A DNA stretch of 64,000 bases. Origin: an uncultured Clostridia bacterium (GTDB lineage: Bacteria > Bacillota > Clostridia > TANB77 > CAG-508). Shown here in pieces: positions 19,993 to 30,565 of this stretch. Location: positions 3,162-67,161 of the forward strand of contig CALXJJ010000004.1 of assembly GCA_944388605.1 (NCBI GenBank), read 5' to 3'. A program made the position numbers and the translations under genes. The notes beneath the pieces were generated by a model. It did not search any database. It had not been told where the DNA came from and was given only the letters and a program-made list of their open reading frames with translations. Position 1 is the stretch's first letter; every line of letters starts with the position of its first letter.

Positions 19993-21141
19993 TCATTTTA
20001 ATAGTTTTTCAAATAATTTAATATGTTCTTTTGCTACTTTTTTTATATTAAAATTCCTAATTGCATATTCATAATTTTTTTCAACCATTTCTTTGGCGGT
20101 TTCTGGTTTTATAATATATTCTTCAATTTTATTTGCAAATTCTTGTATATCTTCTGGTGTTACTAAAAATCCATTTACTCCGTTCTTTATAATATTTGCA
20201 ATTCCTCCTATATTACTTGCTACTATAGGCTTTCTAGCTGCCATATAATCTATTATTGCCAGCCCAAATCCTTCCCATTTTGATGGGAGAACTGCAATGT
20301 CTAAAGCAGAAATATATTCTTCATAATTTTGAATCCAACCTGTAATAATTAATCTGTCAGATAATTGATTTTCCTTTGCATAGTCTATCACAACTTGTTC
20401 TAAATTTCCAGTACCTATATACATAAATTTCAAATTATTATATTTTTCATTCAATATTTTCATAGTTTTTATAAAAGTTAGTGGGTCTTTTTGCTCATCT
20501 AGTCTTGCAGCAACACCTATTACAATATCTTTATCTTTTATTCTATATTGATTCCTTATTTTATCTCTAGCTATTTTTAATTTTTTACTGTTAAATTTTG
20601 CGAAATCTATTCCATTATTTATTATGCACATTTTTTCTTTAGGTGCTATCATATTTTCTATCGCAGATTCATATTCACTTTGAGATATATTTATAATCAT
20701 ATTTGTATTTTTTGCCAATATTTTTTCTAATATTTTAAATATCCTTTTCTTTTTATTACTTATCTGGGCATTAAAATACCAACCATGTGCATTATATACT
20801 TTTTTACATTTTTTATTGAATAATAAAGCAATTCTTCCAACTGCTCCTGCAAAACTACTATGCATATATACTATATCTGGTTTTTCATCTTTTATTATTT
20901 TTTTCAATTTAAAAATTGATTTTAAATTTCCTACTGAAAAAATACTTCTTTGCATGGGTAAAGAATATATCTTTTTAGATATATTCTTTAAATCATTTTT
21001 TATATTATTATTATAGTCTTCTGATAAAACTAATATATTCTCATAGTCATATTCTTGCATTTCTGATAGCAACATACTTATGTAATTTGCTACTCCTCCT
21101 GCTGATTGAGCTACATGTAATATTTTCTTTTTTTCTTGCAT
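19993..21141 (-). CDS. Family 4 (GT-B) glycosyltransferase
   Basis: 382 aa. EGFGLAIIDYMAARKPIVASNIGG motif typical of GT4. Confidence 0.8.
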   Translation of the reverse strand: MQEKKKILHVAQSAGGVANYISMLLSEMQEYDYENILVLSEDYNNNIKNDLKNISKKIYSLPMQRSIFSVGNLKSIFKLKKIIKDEKPDIVYMHSSFAGAVGRIALLFNKKCKKVYNAHGWYFNAQISNKKKRIFKILEKILAKNTNMIINISQSEYESAIENMIAPKEKMCIINNGIDFAKFNSKKLKIARDKIRNQYRIKDKDIVIGVAARLDEQKDPLTFIKTMKILNEKYNNLKFMYIGTGNLEQVVIDYAKENQLSDRLIITGWIQNYEEYISALDIAVLPSKWEGFGLAIIDYMAARKPIVASNIGGIANIIKNGVNGFLVTPEDIQEFANKIEEYIIKPETAKEMVEKNYEYAIRNFNIKKVAKEHIKLFEKLLK

Positions 21142-21893
21142 TATATTGCTCCTTCACGTTTTATTATTTTTCCTATTGTTTTTAAAATGATTATTATGTC
21201 TTGCAATATAGAATGTTTTTTATTATATATTATATCTAATTCCATTCTTTCATCAAAACTTACATCACTTCTTCCTGATACTTGCCATAATCCAGTAATT
21301 CCTGGCTTACATTGTACAATAGTATAATATACATTTCCCATATCTTCTACTTCCTTAGGCAAGTATGGTCTTGGACCAACCAGACTCATTTCGCCTTTTA
21401 ATACATTTATAAATTGTGGAAATTCATCTAAACTAGTCTTTCTTAATATTTTTCCTATTTTTGTTACTCTAGGATCATTTTTAAGTTTTTTATTAATTTC
21501 ATATTCCATTCTAGCAGTTTCATTTTCTTGTAAATATTTATCTAATATTTCATCAGCTCCTACTACCATTGTTCTAAATTTGTATAATTTAAATAATTTT
21601 CCACCTTTTCCAACTCTATTCTGTGTATATATTATTGGTCCTCTATCTTTATGTACTAATTTCATAATAATTATTAATATTGTAATAGGTATTAATAGTA
21701 TTATTCCTATTATACTTCCTATTATATCTATTATTCTTATTACACCATTTTTCAGTATTTTAACAACTTTGTTTTCTTTATCTATTCTTGCTAAATCAGT
21801 AGTTGTTGCAATTTCTTGTACTCCTTCATTTTCTATAACATTTTCATATAAATATTCATCTCTATAAGCCAAATTTGTATTTATGGTATTCAT
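21141..21893 (-). CDS. Initiating undecaprenyl-phosphate sugar phosphotransferase (bacterial sugar transferase, small PglC/WbaP-C-terminal type)
   Basis: 250 aa. One N-terminal hydrophobic segment. Conserved RPYLPKE...GITGLWQVSGRSDVSFDERMELDIIY motif of PF02397. First gene of the locus, with a 380-nt upstream non-coding region. Confidence 0.85.
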   Translation of the reverse strand: MNTINTNLAYRDEYLYENVIENEGVQEIATTTDLARIDKENKVVKILKNGVIRIIDIIGSIIGIILLIPITILIIIMKLVHKDRGPIIYTQNRVGKGGKLFKLYKFRTMVVGADEILDKYLQENETARMEYEINKKLKNDPRVTKIGKILRKTSLDEFPQFINVLKGEMSLVGPRPYLPKEVEDMGNVYYTIVQCKPGITGLWQVSGRSDVSFDERMELDIIYNKKHSILQDIIIILKTIGKIIKREGAI

Positions 21894-22272
21894 ATTTAAA
21901 CCATTCCTTTCTTTAGGCTTAATTCGTTACAAAAATGTAACCACATCCACTTTTATAAATTTTCTACCCCTTTATTAATTTAATCTCAAAAATTAATAAA
22001 ATTATATAAAGAAGATAACTTTGTTCTTATATAAATACACACACATTATTATATACTTTTTTATTACATTTTTCAAGCTTTTTTGACCTTTTTATTTCAT
22101 TTTCTCCTGGAAATTTAAACTAATATAAAAGAGATTTATTTAATTGTATTTTATATATTACTATTCTAACACATAAGTAATGCCATACTATAAAATATAG
22201 TATAGCATTACTTGTTTACTAAAAATGCAAAGAAAAAATTAAAGTTTGTATAAATTAAGACTTTCCGATTTG

Positions 22273-22857
22273 TTATATATTAGGAAAGTCATACTTTCTT
22301 TTCCTAATATATAAAATTTTACTTGTAAAATAAACAATCAATATTCCACATAATACACCTATACTATCTATTATTACATCTGTCATCATAGGCGTTCTGC
22401 CTGGTATAAAATATTGATGTATTTCATCTCCTATAGCATATATGATTCCTATCATCCAACTTATTAATATTCTCTCTTTTAAATTTATATTAATCGTGTT
22501 TAATACAAGCATTAAAAATAGTCCTAACAATGTATAAATTGTAAAATGTGCTGTTTTCCTAACTAAAATCTTTACACTCATATATAGTTCATCATATTCT
22601 TGTTGTGATAAGTCATTATTTTTTGTAATAATATCTAATACTCTATAAATTATTTTATCACTTGTACTATCTGACTTTTCAGAGTTTTGGTTTGAAAACA
22701 TAAAAATAATAGAACATATTGCTAGCAGGATTACTAGCAATATTGATCTTTTTATTATGTTATGGAAATGATTCTGAGATAGTACATTAACTTCCATAAC
22801 TGTATTATCAAATTCGTTTCTTGTAGAGATTTTATCATTCCTATTTTCCTGCATCAT
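22273..22857 (-). CDS. VanZ family membrane protein
   Basis: GDEIHQYFIPGRTPMMTDVIIDSIGVLCG matches the VanZ-like (PF04892) signature. Confidence 0.7.
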   Translation of the reverse strand: MMQENRNDKISTRNEFDNTVMEVNVLSQNHFHNIIKRSILLVILLAICSIIFMFSNQNSEKSDSTSDKIIYRVLDIITKNNDLSQQEYDELYMSVKILVRKTAHFTIYTLLGLFLMLVLNTININLKERILISWMIGIIYAIGDEIHQYFIPGRTPMMTDVIIDSIGVLCGILIVYFTSKILYIRKRKYDFPNI

Positions 22858-22860
22858 CTA

Positions 22861-23712
22861 TTAATGTCTACTCCTTTTTGTTTCTTCTAAAATTCTACAT
22901 GCTTTTACATTATGTATAATTATTAATATAATTCCTATTACAATCATAATTATTCCTATCACTGTAAATCTATTAAGAATATCTTGAGCGATTGTTTGTA
23001 TTAAATTAGATGTCGCTTGATTTATTGCCATTATATTATTTATGTCCATTTTTAACTCTGATATAATTTTTGGGGTTATACTAAATAATCCTGTCGCTAA
23101 TAATCCTATTCCGATATATTGTAAGAATTTTAGCTGTTTGTGATTAATTACTATCAAAATTATAACTAATACTAAAGGAATTAAATATATTACTATTTGT
23201 GCTTTATTTATAATGTTATTTGCCTTATTTAATACTGTTCCTATTTCTTCTACCACTTTTTCAGAATATAAAACATTATTTTTATATACTTCTACAATAG
23301 CTTCCATATAGTTTGTTAATGCTTCTTCTTCTGATTGTGCTATTTCCTTATTTTCTTTTTCTAATTCAATTTCTATATTATTTAATAAATTTTCTTTTAT
23401 ACTTTCTGTATCTATATTTATTTTGCTTCCAGTATACAAACTTTCAATCATTGAATTTATATCTTGCTCTAACTTATCTTGACTATATATTTTTTCTAGT
23501 ACTTCATCTGATAATCCAGATTGAACTGTGTAGTCTTTAAAACCATCTACTATATTTTGATTAATACGTTCATAATAATTTCCTGTTTTAAGGTTGGCTA
23601 TTGTATACTCTTTTTTCAATATAGTGTTAGAAAATACATTTAATACAATTATCATAATTATAAATAATATAAGGAACATTGTAATAATATATGATACTAT
23701 ATTTTTTACCAT
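22861..23712 (-). CDS. Membrane protein with a central coiled-coil/acidic region, unknown function
   Basis: 283 aa. N-terminal TM helix, two C-terminal TM helices. No recognisable catalytic motif. Confidence 0.4.
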   Translation of the reverse strand: MVKNIVSYIITMFLILFIIMIIVLNVFSNTILKKEYTIANLKTGNYYERINQNIVDGFKDYTVQSGLSDEVLEKIYSQDKLEQDINSMIESLYTGSKINIDTESIKENLLNNIEIELEKENKEIAQSEEEALTNYMEAIVEVYKNNVLYSEKVVEEIGTVLNKANNIINKAQIVIYLIPLVLVIILIVINHKQLKFLQYIGIGLLATGLFSITPKIISELKMDINNIMAINQATSNLIQTIAQDILNRFTVIGIIMIVIGIILIIIHNVKACRILEETKRSRH

Positions 23713-23727
23713 TTGTCTCCTCCTAAT

Positions 23728-24360
23728 TTAAAAATATTTGCTATCTACTAATTTAGAATATGTAATATATCTACTTGTTGTATGACCTATACTATTAAAT
23801 GGATAACATGTATAAAGTACTAGCATTTCTTCTTCGTTTTGTATTTTTAAAGCTTCCATTTCTGTTTGAGGTACAATAGTAGTATCAAATACTTCATATG
23901 TAAATTCTCCATAATTAGTAGTTATTATAATCTTATTTCCTGGAGTTACTTTTGCAAGTTCTCTTAAATATTTTGTAGAATTATGTGCCATACATACTAC
24001 TGTTCCACCTTCTCCTGGGAAATATCCTCCACTAAATTGTCCTACACCATTTCTAAGTATCGCCAAAGTATCACCATAATATAATGGTAAATCTGCATTT
24101 ATAGCATCAATTTTTATAGTACCATATTTAGTTCCATATTCTGGATATGATTCTAATTTATTAGTTACACTATTTAATTTAACTTCTTCTAAAACTTTTT
24201 TACTAGTATCTATTGAAATTTTATTAACTAGTGAAATTGCCAAACTAATTTCAGAACCCCAAACTATATATATTGTAAAAAATATAATAGCTATACATAT
24301 AAAAGCAACTATTATGTCTTTAATAGTTGCTTTTAATATATTTGTATTTTGATTACGCAT
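23728..24360 (-). CDS. Sortase family transpeptidase
   Basis: N-terminal TM anchor. Conserved His region (VCMAHNS) and catalytic LVLYTCYPF (TLxTC-type) motif. Overlaps its upstream substrate gene by 8 nt. Confidence 0.7.
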   Translation of the reverse strand: MRNQNTNILKATIKDIIVAFICIAIIFFTIYIVWGSEISLAISLVNKISIDTSKKVLEEVKLNSVTNKLESYPEYGTKYGTIKIDAINADLPLYYGDTLAILRNGVGQFSGGYFPGEGGTVVCMAHNSTKYLRELAKVTPGNKIIITTNYGEFTYEVFDTTIVPQTEMEALKIQNEEEMLVLYTCYPFNSIGHTTSRYITYSKLVDSKYF

Positions 24361-24892
24361 TAACTTTAGCTTTCTTTGCTATTACTGCTATAGCAATGGC
24401 AATTATTGCTACAGCTGGTACAACTATATATGCATAATTTGTGCTACCTGTTTGAGCTAATGTTGTGCTTGATGCTAATGTTGTTGTTTCTATTAATTTT
24501 CCCTCTTTGTAAACAGAGATTTCCTTTGTAGAAGCATCATATTTCAATTCTAATCCCAAAATACTAGCTGCTTCGTTAGCAATAGCTATTACTCTTTGTT
24601 TATCTTCTTGACTTAATTTTGTAAGATCTGAGACACCTGCCTCATTCATAATAGCTACGACTTCATCAATTTTTGCAACAACTTGGTCAGCTTGTTCTTC
24701 AGTTACTTCGTATTCATTTAAATATCTTTCCACTTTTACTTTGTCAGAAGCAGAAATACTTACTTCCTCTCCTGCTATTGTAAATGTTTTTGACACATAT
24801 GCTAATAATTCACTTTCTGTAGCTGCCATAGTTGTTGTTGCAATAGTTAGCATTAATACAACTAATAATGTTACTGTTAATAGTTTCTTCAT
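24353..24892 (-). CDS. Sortase-substrate surface protein with LAQTG sorting signal
   Basis: The likely true start is MKKLLTV at 24892, with a GGAG motif 8 nt upstream; the ORF-track start at 25000 is an upstream in-frame extension. Signal peptide. C-terminal LAQTG followed by a hydrophobic stretch and a KKAK tail. Confidence 0.6.
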   Translation of the reverse strand: MKKLLTVTLLVVLMLTIATTTMAATESELLAYVSKTFTIAGEEVSISASDKVKVERYLNEYEVTEEQADQVVAKIDEVVAIMNEAGVSDLTKLSQEDKQRVIAIANEAASILGLELKYDASTKEISVYKEGKLIETTTLASSTTLAQTGSTNYAYIVVPAVAIIAIAIAVIAKKAKVNA

Positions 24893-25039
24893 ACAACTAT
24901 CTCCTTTCGTTTTATTAAATACAAAAATATTATAGCATTGCAAATAATAAAATGCAAGTACTTTTATAAAAAAAATTATGTTATTTTTTTCTTCTATCAT
25001 TTTATATAAAATTTAATAAATTTTTAATGTCATAAAATT

Positions 25040-26746
25040 TTACATTTTGTTTGGCATGTTCATACCTAATAAATTTGCTCCTTTTTTCAAAACTATTCCA
25101 ACCATATATGTTATAGCTAATCTTGCATTTCTTATTTGTGTATTATCATCTAATATTTTATATTCGTTATAAAATGAACTATATTGTTGTGCTAAATTCA
25201 TCAAATATCTTGCAAGTATTGAAGGTTCGTTTTTATCTACCACACTGTTTAATATTTCGTTGAAATTATATAATATTTTTAATATTTCGCTTGCTTCATC
25301 TTTTATTATATTTATATCTATATTATTTATATCTGGAATATAATTTGCTTTTTCTAAAACACTATTAGTTCTTACATATATATATTGTAAATATGGACCT
25401 GTTTCTCCATTAAAGTTTAGCATTATATCCCAATTAAAAATCTCATCTTTTATTCTGCTATTATATAAATCATTATATATTACAGCTCCAATTCCAACTT
25501 TTTTTGCTACTTCCTCTTTTTCTTCTAAATTTGGATTTTTTTGTTCAATTATACTTTTAACTTTATTTATAGCTTCATTTAGCAAATCTTCTAATTTTAT
25601 CATATTTCCTTGCCTTGTAGACATTTTACCTGTTTGCAATTGTACCATTCCAAATGGTACATGAATAAGACCTTTTGTATATTTCTCATCTAATCCAAGT
25701 AGTTTTGCAGTTTCAAATACTTGTTTAAAATGTAATATTTGCTCATATGAAACTACATATATATCTTTATCAAAATCATAAGTTCTAGCACGATATAGAA
25801 TAGCTGCTAAATCCCTTGTTGCATATGTTGTAGAACCATTAGTTTTTTCTATTATACATGGAGCCATATTTTTTTCTTCTAAATCTATTATTTTTGCTCC
25901 TTCTGACTCCACTAATTTGCCTGTTTTTTCAAGTTTTTTTATTACTTCGTCCATTTTATCTGTATAAAAAGCCTCTCCGTCCCATGAATCAAATTCTATG
26001 CCTAACATATCATAAACCTTTTGGAATTCTTGTAAGCTTACTTTTCTAAATTTTTTCCATAATTCTACACAATATGGATCTTTATCTTCTAATTTTTTAA
26101 AATTGTTTCTACATTCATTTAAAACACTTTCATCTTCTTTACACAAATCATTAATTCTTATATATATTTTTGTTAATTCTTCTATTGGATTATTATCAAT
26201 ATCATATTCATTTCCCCATCTTTTATATCCTTCTATCAATTTTCCAAATTGAGTTCCATAATCTCCTACATGATTTACTCCTATTACATTGTAACCTAAT
26301 GTTTTATATACTTTGTATAAACTTCCTCCTATAACAGTTGAACGTAAATGCCCTATATGAAAGGGTTTGGCAATATTGGGTGCTGAATAATCAATTACTA
26401 CATTTTTTCCCTTTCCTATATCAGAGTTTCCATAATTTTCTTTTTCATGATATATTTTTTCTGTTACTTCTTTTGCTAAAATTGATTTATTAATATAAAA
26501 ATTTAAATATCCATTTACAACATCAATTTTAATAATTTCTTTTCCTAACTCTATTTTTTCTTTTAACTCTTCAGCTATAATTTGAGGTGACTTTTTAAAT
26601 ACTTTTGCTAAACTAAAACATGGAAATGAATAATCTCCATTTTGTGTATCTTTTGGAACTTCTATTAAATTTATTATACTTTCAATTTCTACTTCTTCTA
26701 TATTTTCTTTTATTTTTTCAGCTATTATTTGTTTGAAATGTATCAA
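25040..26746 (-). CDS. argS: Arginine--tRNA ligase
   Basis: 568 aa. Class-I HIGH motif (PFHIGHLRSTVIG). ArgS-specific N-terminal Arg_tRNA_synt_N-like region and C-terminal DALR-like domain. Confidence 0.9.
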   Translation of the reverse strand: MIHFKQIIAEKIKENIEEVEIESIINLIEVPKDTQNGDYSFPCFSLAKVFKKSPQIIAEELKEKIELGKEIIKIDVVNGYLNFYINKSILAKEVTEKIYHEKENYGNSDIGKGKNVVIDYSAPNIAKPFHIGHLRSTVIGGSLYKVYKTLGYNVIGVNHVGDYGTQFGKLIEGYKRWGNEYDIDNNPIEELTKIYIRINDLCKEDESVLNECRNNFKKLEDKDPYCVELWKKFRKVSLQEFQKVYDMLGIEFDSWDGEAFYTDKMDEVIKKLEKTGKLVESEGAKIIDLEEKNMAPCIIEKTNGSTTYATRDLAAILYRARTYDFDKDIYVVSYEQILHFKQVFETAKLLGLDEKYTKGLIHVPFGMVQLQTGKMSTRQGNMIKLEDLLNEAINKVKSIIEQKNPNLEEKEEVAKKVGIGAVIYNDLYNSRIKDEIFNWDIMLNFNGETGPYLQYIYVRTNSVLEKANYIPDINNIDINIIKDEASEILKILYNFNEILNSVVDKNEPSILARYLMNLAQQYSSFYNEYKILDDNTQIRNARLAITYMVGIVLKKGANLLGMNMPNKM

Positions 26747-26764
26747 TACTATCTCCTTCCTTTC

Positions 26765-27916
26765 CTAATCTCCTAAACAAATCCCAATGTCTCTTGCTGT
26801 TTTAACTAAATCATGATCCATAGTTACTTTTCTTATATTGCTTTCTTTTGTATTTCCTGATACTGCACCAATTTTTTTATTTTCACCTACTACATCTTCT
26901 AATGGTACACTATCTAATCTTCCATTCTTTATAACTGTTAAAACATTAAATTTTCCTTCTAATGCAAGTTCCATGGCTTTTGCACCATATTTTGTTGAAA
27001 GCACTCTGTCAAAAGCTGTTGGAGTACCACCCCTTTGCATATATCCTAATACAGTACATCTAGCTTCTAATCCTGTTAATTCTTCTAATTGCTTAGCAAC
27101 TCTTTGTCCTGCTCCTCCTAATTTTGTATTATCTACTCCTTCTCCATTATTTCTCACACTCTCAACAGAAATTTCTCCACCTTTAGGCATTGCTCCTTCT
27201 GCAACAACTACTATACTAAATTCTTTACCTTTTGCACGTCTTCCATTTATCTTTCTAATTGCACAATTAATATCATATGGTATTTCTGGAATAAAAGCAA
27301 TATCTGCTCCTCCTGCTATAGCTGATTCTAAAGCTATCCAACCTGCATATCTTCCCATCACTTCCAATACCATAATTCTATGATGTGTTTCACCAGTTGT
27401 ATGTAATCTGTCCAAGGCATCTGCTGCAACAGAAACTGCTGTATTATATCCAAATGTTATTTCTGTACATGCTACGTCATTATCAATTGTTTTTGGTACA
27501 CCAATTACATTAATACCTTTTAATGAAAAATCTCTTGCAGATTTTTGTGTACCATCTCCCCCTAATGTAAATACACAGTCAAATCCGTCATCTTTAATAT
27601 TTTGTACACATACATCAGATAAATCTTTGTACTCAATACTGCCATCATCATTAATCACTTTATAATTAAACACATTTGCATTTGTAGATGATCCTATAAT
27701 TGAACCTCCTTTAGGAAGAATTCCTGATCCAGTTTGACTATTATATGTACTTAATTTTACATATTCATTTTTTAATAATCCTCTATATCCATCTATAAAA
27801 CCATAACATTCTACTCCATTATTCTCTGCTGTTTTTAATATTGCTCTTATTACTGCATTAAAACCAGAAACATCTCCACCATTAGCTAAAATTGCAACTT
27901 TTTTTATCATAATCAA
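26765..27916 (-). CDS. pfkA: 6-phosphofructokinase
   Basis: GGDVSGFNAVIRAI...GGDGTQKSA...MGRYAGWIAL. These are the canonical PFK motifs. Confidence 0.85.
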   Translation of the reverse strand: MIMIKKVAILANGGDVSGFNAVIRAILKTAENNGVECYGFIDGYRGLLKNEYVKLSTYNSQTGSGILPKGGSIIGSSTNANVFNYKVINDDGSIEYKDLSDVCVQNIKDDGFDCVFTLGGDGTQKSARDFSLKGINVIGVPKTIDNDVACTEITFGYNTAVSVAADALDRLHTTGETHHRIMVLEVMGRYAGWIALESAIAGGADIAFIPEIPYDINCAIRKINGRRAKGKEFSIVVVAEGAMPKGGEISVESVRNNGEGVDNTKLGGAGQRVAKQLEELTGLEARCTVLGYMQRGGTPTAFDRVLSTKYGAKAMELALEGKFNVLTVIKNGRLDSVPLEDVVGENKKIGAVSGNTKESNIRKVTMDHDLVKTARDIGICLGD

Positions 27917-28039
27917 ATCATTCCTTTCTTTTGAATTCTATTATATTATATCAATTTTTTATAAAAATACAAGTAAAAAACCAAATTTTATATGTTTATA
28001 CAGCCAGCTTTTGATACACACCTTTAAGGTAAGTATGAC

Positions 28040-28100
28040 CTTTCTAAAAAAATACAATAAAGTTTACTTAAGTAAACTTTATTGTATTTTTTTAGAAACT
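28040..28100. terminator. Long perfect palindrome (about 22-bp stem) flanked by A/T runs; bidirectional intrinsic terminator
   Basis: tctaaaaaaatacaataaagtttactt / aagtaaactttattgtatttttttaga. It overlaps the stop codon of the FN3-repeat gene. Confidence 0.6.
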
Positions 28101-30152
28101 TACTGTTGATGAGTAATCTCCATATATTCTTTTTCCATTTACATTTTTAAATGCTCTTACTTTTGCTCTGCAACCATTTTCTGGAAAACCTGTCATATAT
28201 TTGCTTGTACCTGTAACTTCATAAATACAATCACCTATTCCTGGCATTGTTACAACCAATTCATATCCACTTGCCCCTTCTACTCTATTCCAACTAAATG
28301 TCGCTTGATCTTTGTAATCACTTATTCTAAAATTCTCTACTTTCCCTATTGTATTATTTCCTTTAAATGTTATAGTCTTAGAAAACTCTCCATAAATTTT
28401 ACTTCCACCAACATATTTATATGCTCTTACTTTTGCTGTATATTCTTCTAATGTAAAACCTCTCATATATAAGCTTGTTCCAATTACATTATATGTAGAA
28501 TCACCAACGCCTGGTATTGTTATCATTAATTCATATCCATCTGCATTATTTACTCTATTCCAGTTAAATGTTGCACTATCTCCATCAATATCAACATCAA
28601 ATCCATTTGCTTTTCCTAGTTCTTCTTCTATTGTAAAATCTCTTTCTTTTGAGTAATCACCATAAACTTTTTTACCATCTACATATTTATATGCTCTTAC
28701 TTTTGCTGTATATTCCCCATCTGAAAATCCATCCATATATAAGCTTGTTCCATTAACATTATATGTAACATCCCCTAAACCTAATTTATTTATTATTAAA
28801 TCATATCCATCTATATTACTTACTCTATTCCAACTAAATGTTACACTGCTTCCATCTACTTCTATATCAAATCCACTTACTTTTTCTAATTCTTTCTCTA
28901 TTTTAAAATTTTTCTTACTCGAATAACTTCCATACATTCTTTCTCCGTCTACATATTTATATGCTCTAACTCTTACACTATATGAATCATCTGATTCTTC
29001 AAAATTTTTTAATTTTATATTTGTTTTTGTTGTTTCATATGTTTCTGTACCATATCCTGGTATATTTATTTGAACTTCATATCCATATGCGCCATCTATT
29101 TTATCCCAAGAAAAAGTTCCTGTTGTTCCATCTATCTCTATATTTACTTCAGATACTCTATCAATTTTTTCATCAACTTCTTCTTTATACTCTATTTCTA
29201 TACTATCTGAATATTCACCATATTTCTTTTCTCCATTTATATTTTTATATGCTCTTACTCTTGCCACATATGGTTTATTATGTTCTTCAAACCCCTTTAA
29301 TGAAATATTAGTATTTATTGTTTCATATGTAGCTTTGCCATAATTAGGAATATCTACCTCTAATTCATAACCATCTGCTCCTGTTACTTTATTCCAATTA
29401 AAAGTTCCTCTTTCCCCATCCATTTTTACTCTTAATCCTGTTACTTTTTCTACATTGATGGTTTCTGTACTGTCATTATCTTCATTATCAATCTTATCAT
29501 ATTTAATTGTTATTACTTCTGAAAACTCACCATACTTTCTAAGTCCACTTTCTTCTACATATGCTCTTACTTTAAAATTATACGTTCTTCCTTCTTCAAA
29601 CCCTATTATTCCAACTTTATTCAAATTTATAGCTCCCAAATTTGAATAATTTCCATTATCGATACTTGCATATATTTCATATCCTATTGCTCCACTTACA
29701 CCATTCCACTCCAATTCACCATATATACCATTTACACTAATCTTAACATTTTCTACTTTTCCAATATTTGCATTTATTGAAAGTGAATCTCCAAATTTAA
29801 AATTTACTTCATTTGAAAAATCCGCATAATTCTTTTGTCCGTTATTTTCTTCATATGGTCTTACTTTAAGTTTATAATCTTCCCCATTATTAAAACCTAC
29901 TACATAAACTCTATTAGTATTTGTAGAACCTATGTATTGATAATCTGAACTTCCTATTTTACCATATACTTCATAACCGTCTGCTCCTTGTACACTACTC
30001 CAACTTATTTCTACGTTTTCTTTTGTAACAACTGCCTTCAAATCTGTTATTCTTTCTACAGCATTTACTTGTGATATTGAAAAGAATGTAAATAACATTG
30101 TTAACATTATAATTATTACAATGCTTTTAGTTTTTTTCATATACACCACCAT
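28092..30152 (-). CDS. Secreted protein built of seven tandem fibronectin type III-like repeats
   Basis: Signal peptide; the probable start is MKKTKS at 30140. Seven ~95-aa units each contain W...V.GA.GYE ... VRAYK ... YG.YS. The DNA-level tandem repeats run through 28.1–30.1 kb. No anchoring motif. Confidence 0.6.
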   Translation of the reverse strand: MVVYMKKTKSIVIIIMLTMLFTFFSISQVNAVERITDLKAVVTKENVEISWSSVQGADGYEVYGKIGSSDYQYIGSTNTNRVYVVGFNNGEDYKLKVRPYEENNGQKNYADFSNEVNFKFGDSLSINANIGKVENVKISVNGIYGELEWNGVSGAIGYEIYASIDNGNYSNLGAINLNKVGIIGFEEGRTYNFKVRAYVEESGLRKYGEFSEVITIKYDKIDNEDNDSTETINVEKVTGLRVKMDGERGTFNWNKVTGADGYELEVDIPNYGKATYETINTNISLKGFEEHNKPYVARVRAYKNINGEKKYGEYSDSIEIEYKEEVDEKIDRVSEVNIEIDGTTGTFSWDKIDGAYGYEVQINIPGYGTETYETTKTNIKLKNFEESDDSYSVRVRAYKYVDGERMYGSYSSKKNFKIEKELEKVSGFDIEVDGSSVTFSWNRVSNIDGYDLIINKLGLGDVTYNVNGTSLYMDGFSDGEYTAKVRAYKYVDGKKVYGDYSKERDFTIEEELGKANGFDVDIDGDSATFNWNRVNNADGYELMITIPGVGDSTYNVIGTSLYMRGFTLEEYTAKVRAYKYVGGSKIYGEFSKTITFKGNNTIGKVENFRISDYKDQATFSWNRVEGASGYELVVTMPGIGDCIYEVTGTSKYMTGFPENGCRAKVRAFKNVNGKRIYGDYSSTVSF

Positions 30153-30365
30153 CCTCTCTTTTTTCTGGCAACATCATATCACTTTTTATGTCAATTGTCA
30201 ATCTATTCCAATGTTAATCAACTCTAATGACAAGTTTGTCAAAAAATATTTTTATCCTTATATTATTAATGTTTAATATCTTTTTTGACTTATTCTTTAT
30301 TTGATGTTATTATTATATTAATAAAATTATTGATTCTTCATATTTCAGAAAGGATTGATGTTATC

Positions 30366-30539
30366 ATGGTAAAAAAAACTACTTTCTTTATTACTATAAT
30401 TAGTTTATTAATTATATTTATTATAGCTTTAATAACAATAATTTTTCATTATGAAAATAAATTAAAAAAAGATGATATTAGTATACCCGTAGTTGTTGAA
30501 GATGAAAATATACCTAGTATATCTATAGATAAACCCTAA
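30366..30539 (+). CDS. Small (57 aa) single-TM protein, hypothetical
   Basis: ATG at 30366 with an upstream AGGA motif. Hydrophobic helix then acidic tail. Convergent with spoIIIAH and shares a terminator with it. Confidence 0.3.
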   Translation: MVKKTTFFITIISLLIIFIIALITIIFHYENKLKKDDISIPVVVEDENIPSISIDKP

Positions 30540-30565
30540 ACAAAATTATTGCTAGGGTTTATTTT
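30527..30565. terminator. Stem-loop aaacccta...tagggttt followed by a T-run; shared terminator for convergent genes
   Basis: 8-bp stem, 14-nt loop, then atttttt. Confidence 0.45.

Noticed and set aside
26747-26764. Expected T-box leader upstream of argS
   Set aside because: Only 18 nt separate the pfkA stop from the argS start. There is no room for a T-box, so argS is apparently co-transcribed with pfkA.
30285-30365. Long N-terminal extension of the small plus-strand ORF (MTYSLFDVIIILIK...)
   Set aside because: No RBS at 30285. The internal ATG at 30366 has a Shine–Dalgarno-like AGGA and gives a sensible single-TM peptide. The extension is probably not translated.
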